This document shows, in pieces, positions 51,501 through 63,500 of a DNA stretch of 64,000 nt (its first letter is position 1; each line of letters begins with the position of its first letter). This DNA comes from Haliotis cracherodii. Taxonomy: Eukaryota. The position numbers and the translations under genes were made by a program. The notes below the pieces were generated by a model. That model saw nothing but the letters and a program-made list of their open reading frames with translations. It was not told the DNA's origin and did no database searches. Where the stretch lies: positions 56,916,001 to 56,980,000 of the forward strand of contig NW_027266275.1 of NCBI RefSeq assembly GCF_022045235.1, given 5' to 3'.

Positions 51501-54500
51501 TGAGGGCTTTTACAAGCGAGGTCTCCATTGTTGCATAAAACGATGGGAGAAGTGTGTAACTCTTGGTGGTTCCTATGTGGAGAAAGACTAATACCTATGC
51601 CAAGTTTCATTCAAGTAGGTCCATCAGAAGTGGGTCAGGGGAAATCTTATTGAACACCCCTCGTAGGTCGTGCAATTGTAAAGAAAATCATTATTAAAAT
51701 TAATGGTAATGAGGTTTTAATTATTGAGACGATGTATACTTCTGTTACATGGATCTCTTGAGAACCACGAAAGGACGGGAAAACTAAAAGTCTCAAGGTA
51801 TTAGAAATCGGAATTCAATGAGACTGCTAGTGGGTGCTAAAAATGGTGATACTACCATTGTAAAAGATAAGGCAGTTGCTGGTGCATTAGGTAACCCGGT
51901 TCTATATTCCGCTCGACTTTGAATTACTAGATAGTCACATGCCCTTCCATCAAGCATCCCTAGGTGATAGGTTAGAATATGAACTCTCTTTTAATGACTA
52001 CGACAGAGTAATCAAAACCGGTGGCAATGATGCTAGCTATTCCATTGACAATATCTCACTGGAGTATCATATAATAACAGATCCTGAATTAGCCAGACAA
52101 ATGGAAGCGGAAGTTTAGCCATTTTATACAATCGCATGCGAGATTTCCAGGAACAAAAGAGATACGACGTGGAATATCAATCTAAACCTCCCCGCTAGAT
52201 CGTTGAAGGGTATTCCAATGTTGTTAGAGGACCCTTCTGAACCATTTTTAAGAGATACCGAGGTGTTCTACAATCCCAAGATTACAAAAGTAGAATTGAC
52301 TATCGAGGGCATGCCTAATCATATATATTGTCAAGGCATGTGATCATATCAACAGTGGGGTGAGATTAAAAAACTCCCTTCTATAAAACAAAGCCTAGAA
52401 GTTAACGTGGTCGCAAAAAATCTGTATCTCGGGGATGTATCACAGGCTGGATTCCTTACCACGAAGTATGTGCTACAGCTCGACATGCGAACCACAGATG
52501 ATGATCAACTACACGGCAGTGGGCAGAGAATAATGAAAAATGATAGTGAGGGTGTTACTATACAGATAATGAAGCTCGACAAAACGGCTTGTAAATTAGA
52601 CATATTTGTACGTGAGTATGAATGCGCAACTTAATATACAGAATCGAAAATTCGTGCAAGCGATCTATTAATAATCTTTTGCCTAAAGAACCACACTGGG
52701 CTATCATCTGCGGGCAAACCGGAAAAACAGCTTTTATTCTGGATATTTTACAAAGTCATTATCAGAATGTTTTCGACCATACTATTATTCTGTGACCGAC
52801 TATAAACTTAATAAAACATTCAAGAGAATGGGTAATGAATGATCCCGGGGTGTACAAAGTTGATCCGGGCGATCGTTTACAAGACTGTTTACGAGTATGT
52901 CACAAAAAATACAAAGGAGAATCATCCCTTTTCATAATAGACGACTGCAGTGCGAGTAAAGAACTTACCAAAAAGAAAGATATGCTTTCATATTTAGCTT
53001 TCTCCAGATGACATATGGAGCATATAGCGTTTGGGTCCTTACTAAAAAATACAACTCTGTCCTGAAAGATCTCAGAGAGCAGACCAAATGGGTAGCCCTG
53101 TTTCATTGCAAAGACTGAGATTCATTTGAGGAATGTCTGCACGAAAATGATGTTATTTCTACCAAGCTCGAGTGTGTTGAAGTCAGAAAACTGTAAGCAG
53201 AAACGAAGCCCTGTAAACTTGTATTGAAAGCAAAACATAGCAAACATTAGCAACTGCTTAGCTAAAATATAGCAAACTTTAGCAACTGCTTAGGCATGTC
53301 TAGACTAGGAGCTACTATGACTAAAACAATAGGTTGGCTATAGTACAAATATACACAGCTGTAGCTGGTACGTTTCTTCCTATCCCACCAGAAAATCACA
53401 TGTATTTATGCGAATCTCTCGAGAAAGACCCATTCATCGCTTTAACACTTTGGCCACTGCTGCCCGATAAATCGGGCAGCTACTGTCCAAGTCCCTCACA
53501 CAGCTGACGGCAAAATCGGACGCAATGACACATCATTCCATGGAATTTCCCCGTTCTTTTGGCGCGAAAATCGAGGATAGGTTATGTGTTTTCACGAAAA
53601 GTATATTTTCTTGCTTGAATCGGTAAATCTAGCGTAATGGCAGCCTACTACGATTCGGATAGCGATCAGATGCCTGATATCAATTTTATTGGGAATAATA
53701 ATGTGTTTGATTTAAATTATTTCCGCGAAGGGGAAAGGGAATTTCATGAATATTTTGGTGAATATTTTGAGGGTTTTGACGATGCTTCCTCCCACAACTT
53801 TCAAGAATGGGACAGGCAGCGGGACTACAATGGTGGAGACATGAGGGATTTTGAAGAGGAGACAGGTAAGAGAGTCGTGCTATTGTTTTTTTCCAAGTGT
53901 TTTACAATGATTCTGTGTTTGAACAGATTATCAGGTCGACAAATAAGAATGCAGCCTACAAGTGAATGTGCAATCCAAACAACAACACAGGTGAGTGGCA
54001 TGAAGTAACACTTCTTCTTCTTTTTTAATTTATTTTGCTGATCGTAATCCAAATTGTGGTTGGCCAGTTTGTCGTATGTTCTTGTATTTTGCTCAATTTG
54101 AATAAAATTGTATTTCCATATTCATGTATATTTTTCTTGTGTTTTACATCTTAGTTTAAATTTTTGTAACTGTAATAATTCTTTATTTATTAATTGATTT
54201 AATTAAGTACTAATATAATTTATCATGCAATTGTAAATAGCAATGTATTGTAAATATGTTATCACAGCTTGTATATTTGTAGAACTTGAATTTACGATCT
54301 TTCCGTCCTTTTACAATCTTTCCATCCTTTCAGATCAATCTGATATCTTCCCAGTGATGTCTTTCTTATAGCAGCTGTGGTTCAATGTTCAGGTAATGTG
54401 ATAAATAACTATTTCATTACTTAACTACTTAATTTTTGTTTCAAATCCAGAAAAAAAGAACAAAATAAATCTGATATTTGTGTTTTTTACCTGTGTTAAC

Positions 54501-57500
54501 AAGTTTACCAAACAGGATGTAAGTGTATCATAAGTAATATGTGACATCAGTATAGAAAACAAAGTCAGTACAAAGTGTTGTAAACTTGTTTATTTGTTTA
54601 CAGATGTGCATGAAGAGGATTTACCTGCAACACCTGGGATTACCAGTGGCGTTTAATATGACGACCTCCGCGTTATGTTTACCTTGAATCTGTGATTTAT
54701 TTTTGTGATTTTTAATACAATTTGAGCCCAAATTCATTGTTTGTTATCATTTTTTCAGTGTTTTCAAGTTTTATATCACCTGAAAACACCTGTAATTAAA
54801 AAATAACAAAGGTTAGCGACAATTACAACAAAGAATATTACAGTATACATAATCCTCTTTGCAATGATGTATGATAAGTATATATCAAAAGCAAGTTTCT
54901 GGTAGAAAAAATGCATAAAAAATGATAGTGTGATTTTCCAATAATACTGCCAGGGAGGCCAGTGTACAGGCCTTGTCAGTGTGAGGGACTGCAGTGTTTC
55001 AAGGGACGTAACTCTGGGGCAGCCAGGGATGAAAAAGTTAAGCGCAGTAAGCTGTGAGTTTTACCGTAGATACAGAATGTTCTTGGCGCTGCTTACCACC
55101 GCTTTAATAACGGCTAGGTATTGTCAATTTAAACATATGTGCCAACTTAATAATATAAAGAACGAAGTTCAAATAAATAATGGAGGTGGAAATACCACAA
55201 GTGATTGCAGAAACGCCACAAGTGAACGAGGAAACACCACAAGTGAATGTGGAAAGCCCACAAGTGGGAGTGACTAAGAATCCTCAAAAGGTTGCAGACG
55301 GTAAAAGGGGAGCTCTAGCGCCGAAAGCAAAAGCCCACACTGAACATTGTACTCACCTGATTAAAACTTAGGTTCCCTATGCGATAGGCTTTATAGCAGT
55401 GGTATGGTTGTTTTTTAAGACCGGAGAAGAGAGAACACCGCGAGTCGAGGTTCAATTAGAGTTAAGTCCTCATGTAATGTTATAAAAGCATGACTACTCC
55501 AGTTACAAATGGTAAAATGTTGGTGAACACAGCGTATCATTGAAAGATATGCTAAATATATGCTAATCAAACAAGGGCTTATCCCAGAAGACATAATGAA
55601 GTAATTAAACAGTGTCAGTTTTATACACCGTCAGAGGCTCACAAAGACCCTGAGAGAGCATTTATAATTTTTGGTTTGTCGGTAGTTGCTATTTTTAGCT
55701 ACACTATTACACATAAGCCATGAATTATTAAGCATAAACCATCAGCTGTTAATAACCAAGACAGCTCAGCTATGACCTGGCAACATATGAGGCAGCATAA
55801 ATAGCGCTGAGTCTTATCAGCTATGAGCTATTAATAGTCATGACAGCTCAGTTGAGCCCTTGTTATTAGCTATGAACTGGTGACATACTATTAATAACCA
55901 TGGCGCCTAGCTGGGCAGAGACATGGTTGATTTGCCTTTAGACAAATGATATGATAAGTGTATAACAACCATAAATCTGTGCAGATTTACACAAATGGGA
56001 AAGCCCATTATGTGTGGCAGGCATTGCGTGAAAGAATTTTGTGGAATTCATGCTTACTACATTAGACAGGGAAATATAAACTATACATGTTCTGTATGTG
56101 GGATTGGGGCCAAAGGCTGTTACTGCTTATGCAAAAAACACGTCGCTGATCAGATCAGGAACAAGATTATTTACGCCAGGAAGAGAGATTACATCAACGA
56201 GAGGAATAGGTTGGGAAGAATACATGTTTAGGTATATGAAAAATTACCATTTAGACATTTTTCTCATTTTGCATATACCATTACATCACAATGGTTTTTG
56301 TCAGAGAGTTGAAGGCTTTAGCAAAACAACGTGGTCTACGTGGTTATTCTCGAATGCAAAAGGCTGAATTGTTTACCTTACTCGGTTTGGAATACAACAA
56401 ACCCCAGACTGTTAGAGTACTCAAAGCTCAAGCGAAAAATAGTGGGCTGAGAGGTTATTCTCGAATGAGAAAAGCTGAATTGATTGATTTACTAGATAAT
56501 AATCAATCAGTTGTTGAGCCGGTTGTTGATAAATATCAACCCGCTGTTGAGATTTGTACCCACAGGCGGCGTGGGTAAATATCTAAAAGGTTGGAAGATG
56601 GATATTAATTCCAACATGGATGTTAATGATGCTAAACCCATTGTATCGAGCAAAATTAATGAGCAGTTAGTAACGCAGACGATAGCGCTGAATATACCAA
56701 ACCTTATTTCTGTGGCAACCAAGAAGTTATAACCAAATCTGAGTCAGCAGATACAAGAAACTTTAGAACGCTGGACTAATAGAGGTTCTTTATATTTAGA
56801 TAAAACAAATTATATGCTTTTGAAAGGTGGATCTTATATAGATTTACCCTCGTATGATAAGAAGAAACAAGTCATAATTAATGTAAAAAATAAAGGTGAT
56901 GACTGTTTCAGAATGATGATAATATCTGCCTTGTTCCCCGCAGACAAACATCCGGATAGGCCTTTTAGCTATCCCCAAAATGATGGACTCAACCTTGATG
57001 ATATAGACAAACCTACACCAATCTCACAAATTTATAAGGTGGAAAAGCAAAATAATTTAGATATAAATGTTTTCGGACATTCTCCTTAAGGCATTGTTGT
57101 ACACAGGATAAGCTCCGCCCCAAAACATATTCCCAGAATCAATTCATTTCTGATCGAAAAAGATGGGGAAATATCATTATCTGTGGATAAAGAGTTTAAG
57201 CAGGCTATTATGAGATAAACAAAACATGTGGGAAAGAAATATTTCTGTGAAAGATGTCTGCATGGAATACTGCAGACAATATCTATTAGAAGTGCATAAA
57301 GAAGACAGCAGAAAATATATATTAATACTTGAGCATTATTGTAATCAAATGCCAGCACCATACATAATTTACGCTGACTTCGAAGCACTTATCAAACCAA
57401 TAGAAAATACCGAACACATTACTGAATGTAGTTTTACGTACAAAACTCAAGAACATACTCCTCGCGGGTTTGGATAGATAGTTGTAAGGTATGATGGGAA

Positions 57501-60500
57501 AACAAATGCGCCCGTGATTTACAGAGGTCACGATTCAGTAGAAAAGTTCCTAAAATATCTGCAAAATGAAGAGAGAATAATCAGGGGAATTTTATCGTGT
57601 AAGAAACCCATGTGTATGATGAGGGATGATTGCAGAGCCTATAAGAAGTAAACTAGTTGTCATGTTTGTAATAATCTCCTGAATGGGGATACTGTAAGAG
57701 ATCATTGTCACATCACGGGTAATTATCAGGGAGCCGCGCTTGACGAGTGTATCTTGAAACTAAAAATGAATTCTCAAAGAATCCCCGTTGTGTTTCACAA
57801 CCTTAGAGGAGAGGATATGAGGACTAAAGAAAATACACAGAGTTCATAAGTTTGATCAAAGACTTTGGATGGAGCCCTATATAATGCTGAACACAGATTT
57901 AAGAAAGATGGCTTCCGGCAATTTCGAAAAGAAACTATATAAGCTCATGAAAAACTATGGAGAATCTAAGGAAGCATGTTGATGTTAAATTGGTCAGATC
58001 TCATGTGGAAAAAACTTATAGCCAGTCCGGCTTTTAACAGAAGCAAGATATTTGATAACGACTTAGCCGCATTACATATGCAGAAGAGTAATATAAAATT
58101 CAACAGACCGGTGTACGTTGGTATGAATATTCTTGACTTGTCAAAACACTTAATGTATGAGATTTATTACGACGAACTTAAGAAGCAATACGGCGATAGA
58201 TGCAAGGTGTTATATACTGACACAGATTCTTTGTTGATGGAATACAAACCGAGGATGTGTATAAAGATATGGCAGAAAAAATAGATATGTACGATACGAG
58301 CGATTACCCTAAAGATAATCCATTACACAGCTCAGTAAATAAAAAGGTGTTAGGTAAGAAGAAGGATGAATGTGCTGGAACTCCTATTGCAGAGTATGTC
58401 GGATTAAGACCTAAGATGTATTCTATAAAGAAGTCTGATAATGGGGAGATAAGAAAAGCTAAAGGTGTAAAGTAGAATGTGTCATTTTCATCGCATCGGA
58501 TGGTTTCTTCCCGATTAATCTTGTTACTTTATTATTTAGCGCTGATACAACAGCTGATTATCATGTCACCAATTCGGTTGATCTTAATCGATCAGATTTC
58601 ACTTCAATCCCATACTAATATCCAAACAAACGTTCTGGTAATGTCTTTCTTAAATCTTTCAACAATAGCTTGGCTATGGGGGGCCTCTTTTTCACCACGC
58701 CTTATTGTGACATCGTGCTTTGTTAATAGTTTAGTTACTGATCCCATAAACTCGCGACCAGGATCAACTTGAAACAACTTAACCAAATTAGTGGTCTGCG
58801 TTTGTATATGTGGCTCGTGGTTAATGGCTCAGCCTCTTTGTACCGAGTAGCTAGATCTACTACGGTTAAAGCATATTTATATGTTTTGCGTCTTACCTTA
58901 TCATGGTGTAGAAACAAGAGGTCAGCCTGATGAACTTCATTCGTTGTAAAAATATCAAACTTCTTCCTCGGTATGTAACATGGGGCCAGTAAATATATTT
59001 GCCACATCGCTTGTGTTTTTAACCAATCCTTGGCTACATCTTTAGATACCTTAGCCGCGGTGGCTAATTTTTGAATTGCTCCTATACCTTTCCAATATCC
59101 ATGCGGGCTATAGTAAATTTTATCCATTATCAATTAATATTGATGTTTCTTTTAATACGAGTCATGATGATCATTGAATTGCATCATGGTTTTTGCATAC
59201 AAAATTACCTCTGTAGTAGCTGTGTAGGGCACCAGTGGCAGTGGTCTAGAATCACCATTACCTATACTACTCCTTCATAGAATATATATTTTATTCACAT
59301 GTAGTCCATATAGTTGTTTATCATTTCTTGGTGATTATAAGGAAATATATATATTTCATAAGACGGACATTTATGTTTGTGTCATTGTCTTTATTTTGAA
59401 TACATATACATTTTTTTTAATATGTGGAAGACATAATCACGTTCAGGAATCCATGGTATGTATGGAGTTTTTGTTGTTTTGATTTTGATAGAAATTCTTT
59501 CCTTTTAACCCAAAGACTAAGTTGACTAATATATACTACTCAAAAGAAGTTAGGGAACACTGGTATGTTTGCACTGAAAATCAAAAAGGAACAGAAAACG
59601 AAGACATGTGCAGTAAATTCAATAATGACCGAGTATACAGTAAGAAAGAATCATGAACAATCCACTACATTTCATAAAGTGAACAGGTGTTGATGTCAAT
59701 GTCACTGGGGTCAAAATTTGAAATCCAGGCCATGAGAGAAAATTCAGTAACGAGTGTGTCCGCCCCTAGCAGCCACACATGCAACACAACTACACCTCAT
59801 GGATGTCACTAATGTCTGTAGTGTGTTCTGTGGGATAGCATGCCACTCCAAACTCAGCCATTGAGCAAGCTGGCGCAGATCTTGAGGTGGAGGGTGGTTC
59901 TCCCTAAAACGTCTCGTTAACAGATCCCATGGGTGCCATATTAGGAGAATATGCTGGCCATTTCATGTGAGTAACATTGTTTTGTTCCAGAAAGTCAGTG
60001 ACTATCCGTCTAGCACGTCATCCTGGAAAAACGCCTGTAGGCCTATTCGATGAAGACAAGGAATCACAATTGGTCTCAGAATCTCATCCCTGTAGGGAAC
60101 AGCATTCAAATTCCCGTTGATAACATACAGATTGGATCTGTTATGAAAAGAGAAGTCGGCCAACACCATGATACTACCACCACCAAAATGATTCTGCTCA
60201 CGGACGTTGACGTCAGCAAAACGTTCCCCACGCTGTCTGTAGACAAGAACACGACCGTCATTATGCTGCAGTGAGAACTGCTGACCACTGTTGTCTTGTC
60301 TACTGTCAGTGTTGCCGTGCCCATGCGTCTCTGGCTGCTCTGTGACGCGGAAGAAGAAGCGGTCTAACGGCTTGATGTCGGGGTCTTATGTTTCTTTCCC
60401 TTATACGGTTTCTTATGGTTTGGTCACTGACATTTGTTCCTGTAGCAGCCCTCAGTTGCCTTTGAGGATGGTTTGCAATGACTGTTCTCCTCCTCAATGC

Positions 60501-63500
60501 TTCAACAACAACGTACCGGTCTTCTCTTCCTGTTGTCACACGAGGACGTCCTGACCTTGGTCTATCCCGTTCTGTCTGTGTTTGTTGGAATCGCTGACGT
60601 AATCTGCAAATGACAGATGGACTAACATTTAACCTTCCAGCAGCTTCCGCTGTGAAACATTCTCATTTAGCCACCCAATAGCTCTGGCTTGTTCTTCAAT
60701 CGTGAGGTGTCGACGTTGTTGCACGTTGAACACAGTGATGCAGTTTCATAGCGACCTGCCTTTATCAACCCAAATTTTGCACAGAAATTCCTTGTGGCTC
60801 ATGCTTCATGAGAATAAGGGAGCAAAAGCATGATCTCCATTTTTATGGCAGCTGTGAGGAGGAGATTACAACAGAAATTTCCATGAAAATGATTGCTGGT
60901 CAAAATGAACGTTGACGAGCCCAGTATTCTTTGTTCTGGTCATAAAGTCACTTGAGTAAGGGTAGTCTTCAATATCAGTATGTTAGCCGCCGATCAGGAG
61001 GCCATTTACCAAATTAAAAAGGAATCGAATGAACAGTGCTACAAAATATCAGTGTTCCCTAAATTGTTTTGACGAGCATATTATGTGAGGGTTTTTTTCA
61101 TGTAAAAATTGTTGATATTGATGGAATTTTAAAATAGTGTTTGTTTAATTATTATGAAGTAGGGTTTTACATATAACTAATCAAGACAAGTGAGCACAAG
61201 CACAACCAAATACGTCACTGTTGATAGGGGTAAAAAGTCATATGATATTAACTGATTAGGTTTGGACTGTTGAACTGATTATCCTTCCATCCTTTCCGAA
61301 GGTGAGGAATATCTGAGACATAATTGTAATGATAACATGATCTCAACAAACAAACCGGCAGCCAGTTCCTTCCATCCTTGCCATATGATGAGGAATATCT
61401 CGGACAAAGCTGTGATCAGAACATGACTTTGAACAAACAAACCAGCATCAAGTTTTTTCCATCCTTGCCATTGTGAGAAATATCTCAGACAAAGCTGTGA
61501 TCAGAACATGACTTTGAACAAACAAACCAGCATCAAGTTTTTTCCATCCTTGCCATTGTGAGGAATATCTCAGACAAAGCTGTGATCAGAACATGACTTT
61601 GAACAAACAAACCAGCATCAAGGTTTTTCCATCCTTGCCATTGTGAGGAATATCTCAGACAAAGCTGTGATCAGAACATGACTTTGAACAAACAAACCAG
61701 CATCAAGTTTTTTCCATCCTTGCCATTGTGAGGAATATCTCAGACAAAGCTGTGATCAGAACATGACTTTGAACAAACAAACCAGCATCAAGTTTTTTCC
61801 ATCCTTGCCATTGTGAGGAATATCTCAGACAAAGCTGTGATCAGAACATGACTTTGAACAAACAAACCAGCATCAAGTTTTTTCCATCCTTGCCATTGTG
61901 AGGAATATCTCAGACTAAGCTGTGATCAGAACATGACTTTGAACAAACAAACCAGCATCAAGTTTTTTCCATCCTTGCCATTGTGAGGAATATCTCAGAC
62001 AAAGCTGTGATCAGAACATGACTTTGAACAAACAAACCAGCATCAAGTTTTTTCCATCCTTGCCATTGTGAGGAATATCTCAGACAAAGCTGTGATCAGA
62101 ACATGACTTTGAACAAACAAACCAGCATCAAGTTTTTTCCATCATTGCCATTGTGAGGAATATCTCAGACAAAGCTGTGATCAGAACATGACTTTGAACA
62201 AACAAACCAGCATCAAGTTTTTTCCATCCTTGCCATTGTGAGAAATATCTCAGACAAAGCTGTGATCAGAACATGACTTTGAACAAACAAACCAGCATCA
62301 AGTTTTTTCCATCCTTGCCATTGTGAGGAATATCTCAGACAAAGCTGTGATCAGAACATGACTTTGAACAAACAAACCGGCAGCCAGTTCCTTCCATCCT
62401 TGCCATGATGAGGAATATCTCAGACAAAGCTGTGATCAGAACATGACTTTGAACAAACATACCAGCAGCCAGTTTCTTCCTTCTTCCTCAGTTCATGCCT
62501 TTTGATATGGTTTGTTTTACTTTTGACCTTTACTAAAATGTCAAATAATGAAGTCTTCTTTATGACAGGTGTACTTGTATATATTCAATATGCACATGAC
62601 TGACTTTGGTTCCAGCGGAGGAGGAGCGAGGTGAGATGTGATATGGACATATGGTGTTCTCTTCAGATGTTCTGTTTATATGTTCTGTCATTCCATGAGA
62701 AAACTTGACAGCTGAGAAGCAGTGTGTTGTTACTTTGTTGCTCTCTACTAACTTGCTCTCCCTGAATACTGTTTTCTAATTACAAAGAAATGCTCATGGT
62801 AGTCCTTATGAATAATGAATAGTTATTATTCATATTTACTTAAAAAGTTTTAGTCTGTTTTTAGCTGACAAGTGCTGTAAGGGAGCTTTAACTTACATCC
62901 CAATTTGGAAGCTGGGCATCAAGTGTTTTCTTTTAAATGTGATGTTTGCTGAGCACTTTTCATGTCACATCTCTTTCTTTTCTGTTTTTTTAGATGTGGA
63001 TTTACTTTCTGCAGTTTTTGTTTGATGAGAGGATTCACTAGATTTTTGATTTTCAAAGATTTCAAACAAATATCTCACACTTCCTGACCACAATAAACAG
63101 GCCTCGACTTTATCTAAATCTAATGCCCTGACCACTTATCTTCATAATTTTACCTAGAGCTTTTTTGTCATATATGTTATATATAATGTGATTTCTTAAC
63201 AATTTAATCCGCTATTGAACAAAGATCTTTTGGAAGTGACATTCATTCAGGTATCTGGCATGTTGATCCTACAGAAATGTGAATCACAGGTTTCTGATTC
63301 ATGAGTTTTGGAAAATTTCTGCATGTGAATGACTCTAAAAGAGGTTTATTATGGTCAGTCCTGTTTCTCTCTTTATTGGATGACTCAGTCATACCATGGG
63401 TGTAAAATACAAACATGCTACAATGTATAGATCTCTGTTTTAAGATCAGTGTTACCTGATGTCCATTACCATATCCATACCTTGCCATGACAATAACTTT

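Larger units (their letters stand above)
47159..59271. mobile_element. Maverick/Polinton (adintovirus-like) endogenous viral element, decayed but with both ends
   Basis: About 115-bp TIRs beginning AGTAGT and ending ACTACT; CCTTC on both sides (47154-47158, 59272-59276); encodes pPolB, rve integrase, packaging ATPase and capsid remnants. Confidence 0.92.

Noticed and set aside
55180-55605. Small Maverick ORFs (ETPQV repeats; [13 protein letters not shown])
   Set aside because: Probably real viral gene remnants, but too fragmented to delimit or name; covered by the element call.
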